Shown here one piece after another: positions 59,688 through 64,000 of a stretch of 64,000 nucleotides of DNA. Source of the DNA: Phallusia mammillata. Taxonomy: Eukaryota. Position 1 is the first letter of the stretch. Every line of letters begins with the position of its first letter. The notes beneath the pieces were generated by a model, which made no database searches, had not been told where the DNA came from, and saw only the letters and a list, made by a program, of their open reading frames with translations. The position numbers and the translations under genes are program-made. The stretch lies in contig OZ281500.1 of NCBI GenBank assembly GCA_965637545.1, forward strand, positions 8,060,001-8,124,000, read 5' to 3'.

Positions 59688-62125
59688 TCAGGAATTTTTG
59701 TTGTACTCCTCTGCACTATATGGATTTCCATTTTGTATGTAAGAACTGCCCAATCCATATAAATGGCCAGAATGTTTGGATATATCACTGTCATTGTCGA
59801 AGAACTTCTACACAACAAACAATTTATTAAAAAATCGAGCAGTGGTTTTCGAACTGTGGGTTACAACTTGTAACCCCCTTAGAAGGGTATGGGGGTGTTT
59901 GCCTTTTTTCTGGAGGGTGCAAGGGCTTGTGATAAACAATAAAAAAGTACTTATCCCAAAAAAGTCACTAGTAACCTTGTAATTTACCACATGTTTATAT
60001 TTCAGTATTTTCATCCTGCCCTTTAATAAACCACATAAAAATCACCAAGCTTCGTGTCAACCTGTTTTGGGTCCTATTATGATGAAAATAAATGCTTTGT
60101 TATGTGACTTAGAAGATAATTGATCCAAGAACTTGCCACTGTGCGGAATGGCACGGAAACAATAAAACAGACAGAAAAATTAGATGATAAAAGTTTGCTT
60201 ATTAAGTGTGTATGTGTGATAATGCAGGTTAGGCAGTTGTGAATAAAAAGTTGAAAGAATTAGTGAACTTTTTCTGTCTACAGTCAAACTGTAATCTACA
60301 AGGTGTTAAAAAAGGATGGAATTTTTTGGAAGGGGATCGTCAGTTGCATTTGGTTGTTAAAATGGGCCAGTTGAAAAAGGTTGAAACCACTGATTAAGAG
60401 TCATACTTCTTTTAGTTTGAAGAAGGTTAATCCAGTCAGAAGGCTATCACTGCCAGCCTGATGTTGTGATCCAACTCTTTTTACTTCCAACTGTTCAGCC
60501 ACCTCTTGCAGACCTCCCTAAAAAGTAGTGTTATTTCAATTTTGTATTTACTGTGCTTCTTGTTAAATTCCTAAGGCACATTCAAATTAATTTCCTCTTA
60601 AAACAATGACAAATGTAAGAAAGACACAAAAAAATGTACCTTTAGTGCTTTGCAGCTTCTCATCAGATACTTGACATCAAATATAGTAGGAAAGAAAAGC
60701 TTGAGTAACTCAAAAAATGTTGATTCATCAGTTGCCAGGTTGTTATTTGTAAGCAGTTTTAGCAAATACCCAAAATCATATCCACTGCAACATAACAACT
60801 GATGATGTAATTAAATAAAAAGAAACTAATGGCAAAGATAAAAATTAAATATACATGCTTTTGTTGGCAATACACATCAACAATATGACTGCAGTAAAAT
60901 GTACATAAAAGTTTAAGTAATTCACCTTTCCAAACCTTTGCATGATTTAAAAACAAACCTGTGAAACGAAACCCAGTGAACATTATCCATTAAAACAACT
61001 CCAGATGTCATTAACAGCTCAGCAAAATACAAGGGTTCTATTCCTTCCGCTTCATGCTTTTTAAACTGAATCCCAGATTCCTGAAGCAACTCAATTGAAT
61101 CTTGAGCATACATGTCTTCACTGCAAGAAAATAAAAAGTAAATGTTGTATATATATACTTGAAGTCAGTGGTTCTCTTTTTTGGGTGGGATTTGACTTTT
61201 TGGGTGCTCCACAGTACAATTATATTTTGGGTGGAATTGGAAATAGGCTAGTTGCATAGAATTTATTGCTTGATTGGCCATTTGTTATGATCTGTTATCT
61301 CTCCTTAAAATTAAATTATGTATTTAAATAATATATTTTAAGCCAACATGCTGGTTGCGGATGCTTTTTTTTCTTATTTGACAATGGACTGGTCCATGAT
61401 ATTTATTTCATTGGATTAGTGGTCCACGGCCTGAAATTAGTTGAGAACCACTGCTTTATGTGGTCCCTTTCGACAAACAGTCACCAACGGCCATATGTTA
61501 AAAGTGTTTAGGAACATTAAAAATATACAGCATTTAAAGAAAAGAAATTGTTAAAGTGTAAACGAGATTTGCATGTTTAGGTGCAGCTTTTTCACACAAG
61601 TTGTTTTATCCATAAAAAATCTTTTACTTCAAGTTAAATTTAAAGTTGAACTGCCAAGTTGATACACCAGTGGGGGTTTCACCACTTTCATTCATAAAAG
61701 TGAGGCCCAGTTGTATGATCTTTAGCATGTCAACATTGCATCGCAAAAGCTGGTACTGATAGTCTGAATTAGTCCGGAACTCTCCAATTGGCCGAGCCAC
61801 AACTCCAGGAAACTCCGTATCCTGCAACACAAACATAAAAACTTGACATTAAACAAACATAAACAGTATGTTTAGCTTGTTTTGCAAAACCATGTCAGGT
61901 ATTAGTTCCTTTACATTTTTCACCTGTAGACAAATCAAACTGATTTAATGAATGTTTTACTAAAGTTGAATATTCTTTGAGACTGAGAGGGAAAACCTAG
62001 CTTCTAGTACCCACCATAGCAATGTAGTTATATTGCTTGACAATTTTTCTAATTTTCTTGAATTCTGCCTCTATGTTAGTTGACCATACTTCTGTTATTG
62101 GATCATCTGTTTGTTGAGCAGGCAT
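59688..62125 (-). CDS. CNOT7: CCR4-NOT deadenylase subunit CAF1 (CNOT7/CNOT8), DEDD nuclease, 280 aa
   Basis: Exons 62125-62015, 61821-61628, 61120-60959, 60784-60640, 60517-60407, 59807-59688. Contains [28 protein letters not shown] and [11 protein letters not shown], so the catalytic residues are intact. The C-terminus [14 protein letters not shown] resembles CNOT7 more than CNOT8. Confidence 0.96.
59840..60392. mobile_element. Old hAT-Charlie-like MITE filling most of CNOT7 intron 5
   Basis: Ends CAGTGGTTTTCGAACT and AGGTTGAAACCACTG. The TSD is decayed. Confidence 0.65.
61166..61453. mobile_element. hAT-Charlie-like MITE in CNOT7 intron 2
   Basis: Ends CAGTGGTTCTC and GAGAACCACTG, with flanks CTTGAAGT / CTTTATGT (6/8 TSD). 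Confidence 0.75.
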
Positions 62126-63195
62126 TATGTTTTGATAGAAAACACAAGCACAAAAATGCCTAAAAATGAATCTACAGTCGCAACAATCTGTAGTAAAACA
62201 TAGATAACATGCACTTAAAAATAAAATTTTATAAGGATTTTCCATGACATAGAAAGTGGAAAACTATGACTAATTTTGGTCAAACTAAGGTTAATTTCAG
62301 ACACTTTTTTCGAAATGACACAAACATGCACTGCAATGCAAATGTGCACCTGGCGATAATCCGATAAAAAGGTGCATTTAGCGAAGTTAAAGTGTACCAA
62401 GACTTGGTCCAAGTAATGTTAAGGTCCACCAAGCGATTGAAAGTGATATTAATATGCACCATGCGATCCTGTATATTTGATATGCGCCGGTTTTCTATAT
62501 AAGAAATCATGAAAAAGTCTGACTTCATAATTGCTTATTGTTGACAAAAATGGGTAATTTTACTACAAATCGCCACAACAATGGATTTAGCCACATATAG
62601 ACTTCCTTACGTGCATGTTGTTTTACTATGAGGAAGGAAGGAATATTGAAACTGTTCGTTAACATCCGCAATTTAGGTTAAACACAAACCATTGTTTAAA
62701 GAACCCAAATGACTATGTCGACAATAACTAAACAGCCTGTTTAACTCTGACACGTAAATTCAAATGTGCTGGGTGAACTACACGTATTACATTTTCACAG
62801 GCGATGTGGAAATAACTCCAACTTTAACTGAGACTTGAACCTCAAAATGTTAATTTCCTGGCGCGCCGAAAATCAAAACTGCCGGAACAAAACATTACAG
62901 GGCAAAACATTTACCTGATATTGTAAGGGACAATTACAAAACACAATGGACGGTATTTTTCTGGCTTACAAGTATTGGACAAATTTGTGCCCCAATTCGT
63001 TTTTAATAGAGTTTGCCCTTTTACCAACAAATTATAATTACTTTGAATAAGATTTGCTCCTAATATCGAAAAGTTGACTAGAGTAAAGTTCAAAGCGTTT
63101 AAGGAGAAATAAAATCGAGAAACAATTATGTATGGTACCTAACAATGAATCTGATAAATTTGGTTTTCCAAAGATGCAAGCCCTTTTTCCTCCAA

Positions 63196-64000
63196 ATGCT
63201 TTGGTCACGCCTGACTGAGGTCTTCCGGTTGCGTGGTCTGTATGTTTTTTTTTTAAAGAAAATAACTACAAAACACCTGCGGGCTTGAAAGCCACAAGAA
63301 ACATACAGGGACGTCGATAATTTCATTGTGCCAAAATTGCTCACATATGAAGCCCAAAAGAATGAGGAAAAGTAATTATTTTATTTTCCTGTAATTACCA
63401 TAGTAATAGTGCTGTCAACATACTGGTTAATTGGTCAATTAATTATTGATAATCTAAACATAAAGAAGTTTTAATAACTACATTAGACCCGAGAAATAAG
63501 CCTGATATTCTGCAAATGTACATTGAATATTTATTCCATGAAAGCATCTTCCAATGCGTTTGATACGGATGATTGACTACAGCCTATATTTTACAAAACC
63601 AATTGATAAAACTGACTGGAACATTGGAATCTTGTGTTTTGAGCAACAGAAACGTATTGGTCATAAAGGCAGCTCGTATGTTCATTATTACATGCCTGCA
63701 GGCATATTCTTATTATTGTTAATTAAAACAGACAGGTAGCATACTATCTTAGCTTTTATATTTATCAGTTAAACTGTTTGTGTATGTGTGTTCTGTTGTG
63801 TATGTGATTTCTGCTTGGTTATTGAAGAGGATAATAAAGATTTAAACCATCTTTTTCATCCCCTAAAAAGTAGTTTACTTTAAAACGATTCTTTCAATAA
63901 AATTTTTGCCAGTTAAGGCTAAAAAGATAAATAACCCTTTTTCTTGAAAATCTCTTTTTATCTCATCTATATTCTACACAGATGCACACCAGCACCCTCA
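63196..64000 (+). CDS. Candidate 5' end of a gene divergent from CNOT7
   Basis: caaATG at 63196 encodes MLWSRLTEVFRLRG (Arg-rich, transit-peptide-like) and ends at a GTATGT donor after 63239. There is an in-phase open segment at ~63582-63735 and an acceptor ctacacag near 63981. No homology recognised. Confidence 0.25.

Overview
Compact, intron-rich animal genomic DNA, most likely an ascidian/tunicate (inference from short GT-AG introns, hAT MITEs and mosaic CpG content; not provable here). I reconstructed five spliced genes exon by exon with phase checks: the 5' part of a ZMIZ1/2 orthologue (- strand, continuing off the left edge, ATG at 12657), RAD51AP1 (+, 28356-31933), an SLC6 amino-acid-type transporter (-, 34400-42608), an HSP110/HSPA4 chaperone (-, 47419-58834, with a perfect heat-shock element upstream) and CNOT7/CAF1 (-, 59688-62125). 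Two further small genes are weak candidates. The left ~27 kb is a CpG-rich ZMIZ regulatory landscape with no recognisable transposons. The right half is largely AT-rich, CpG-poor around the housekeeping genes, and carries many non-autonomous hAT elements, several with 8-bp TSDs. The most notable observations are: (1) an in-frame TGA at the Arg position of RAD51AP1's conserved C-terminal RAD51-binding motif, with KPLHP still encoded after it and a stem-loop just downstream; (2) a Penelope-type minimal hammerhead ribozyme with an intact core at the turn of an 85-bp inverted repeat, nested in a MITE in an SLC6 intron, plus a second, decayed hammerhead in an HSPA4 intron; (3) a 1.4-kb hAT element built from a 75-bp minisatellite; (4) a bare poly(A) insertion with a 13-bp TSD. 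All homology calls are from memory of the protein families; no database searches were run.
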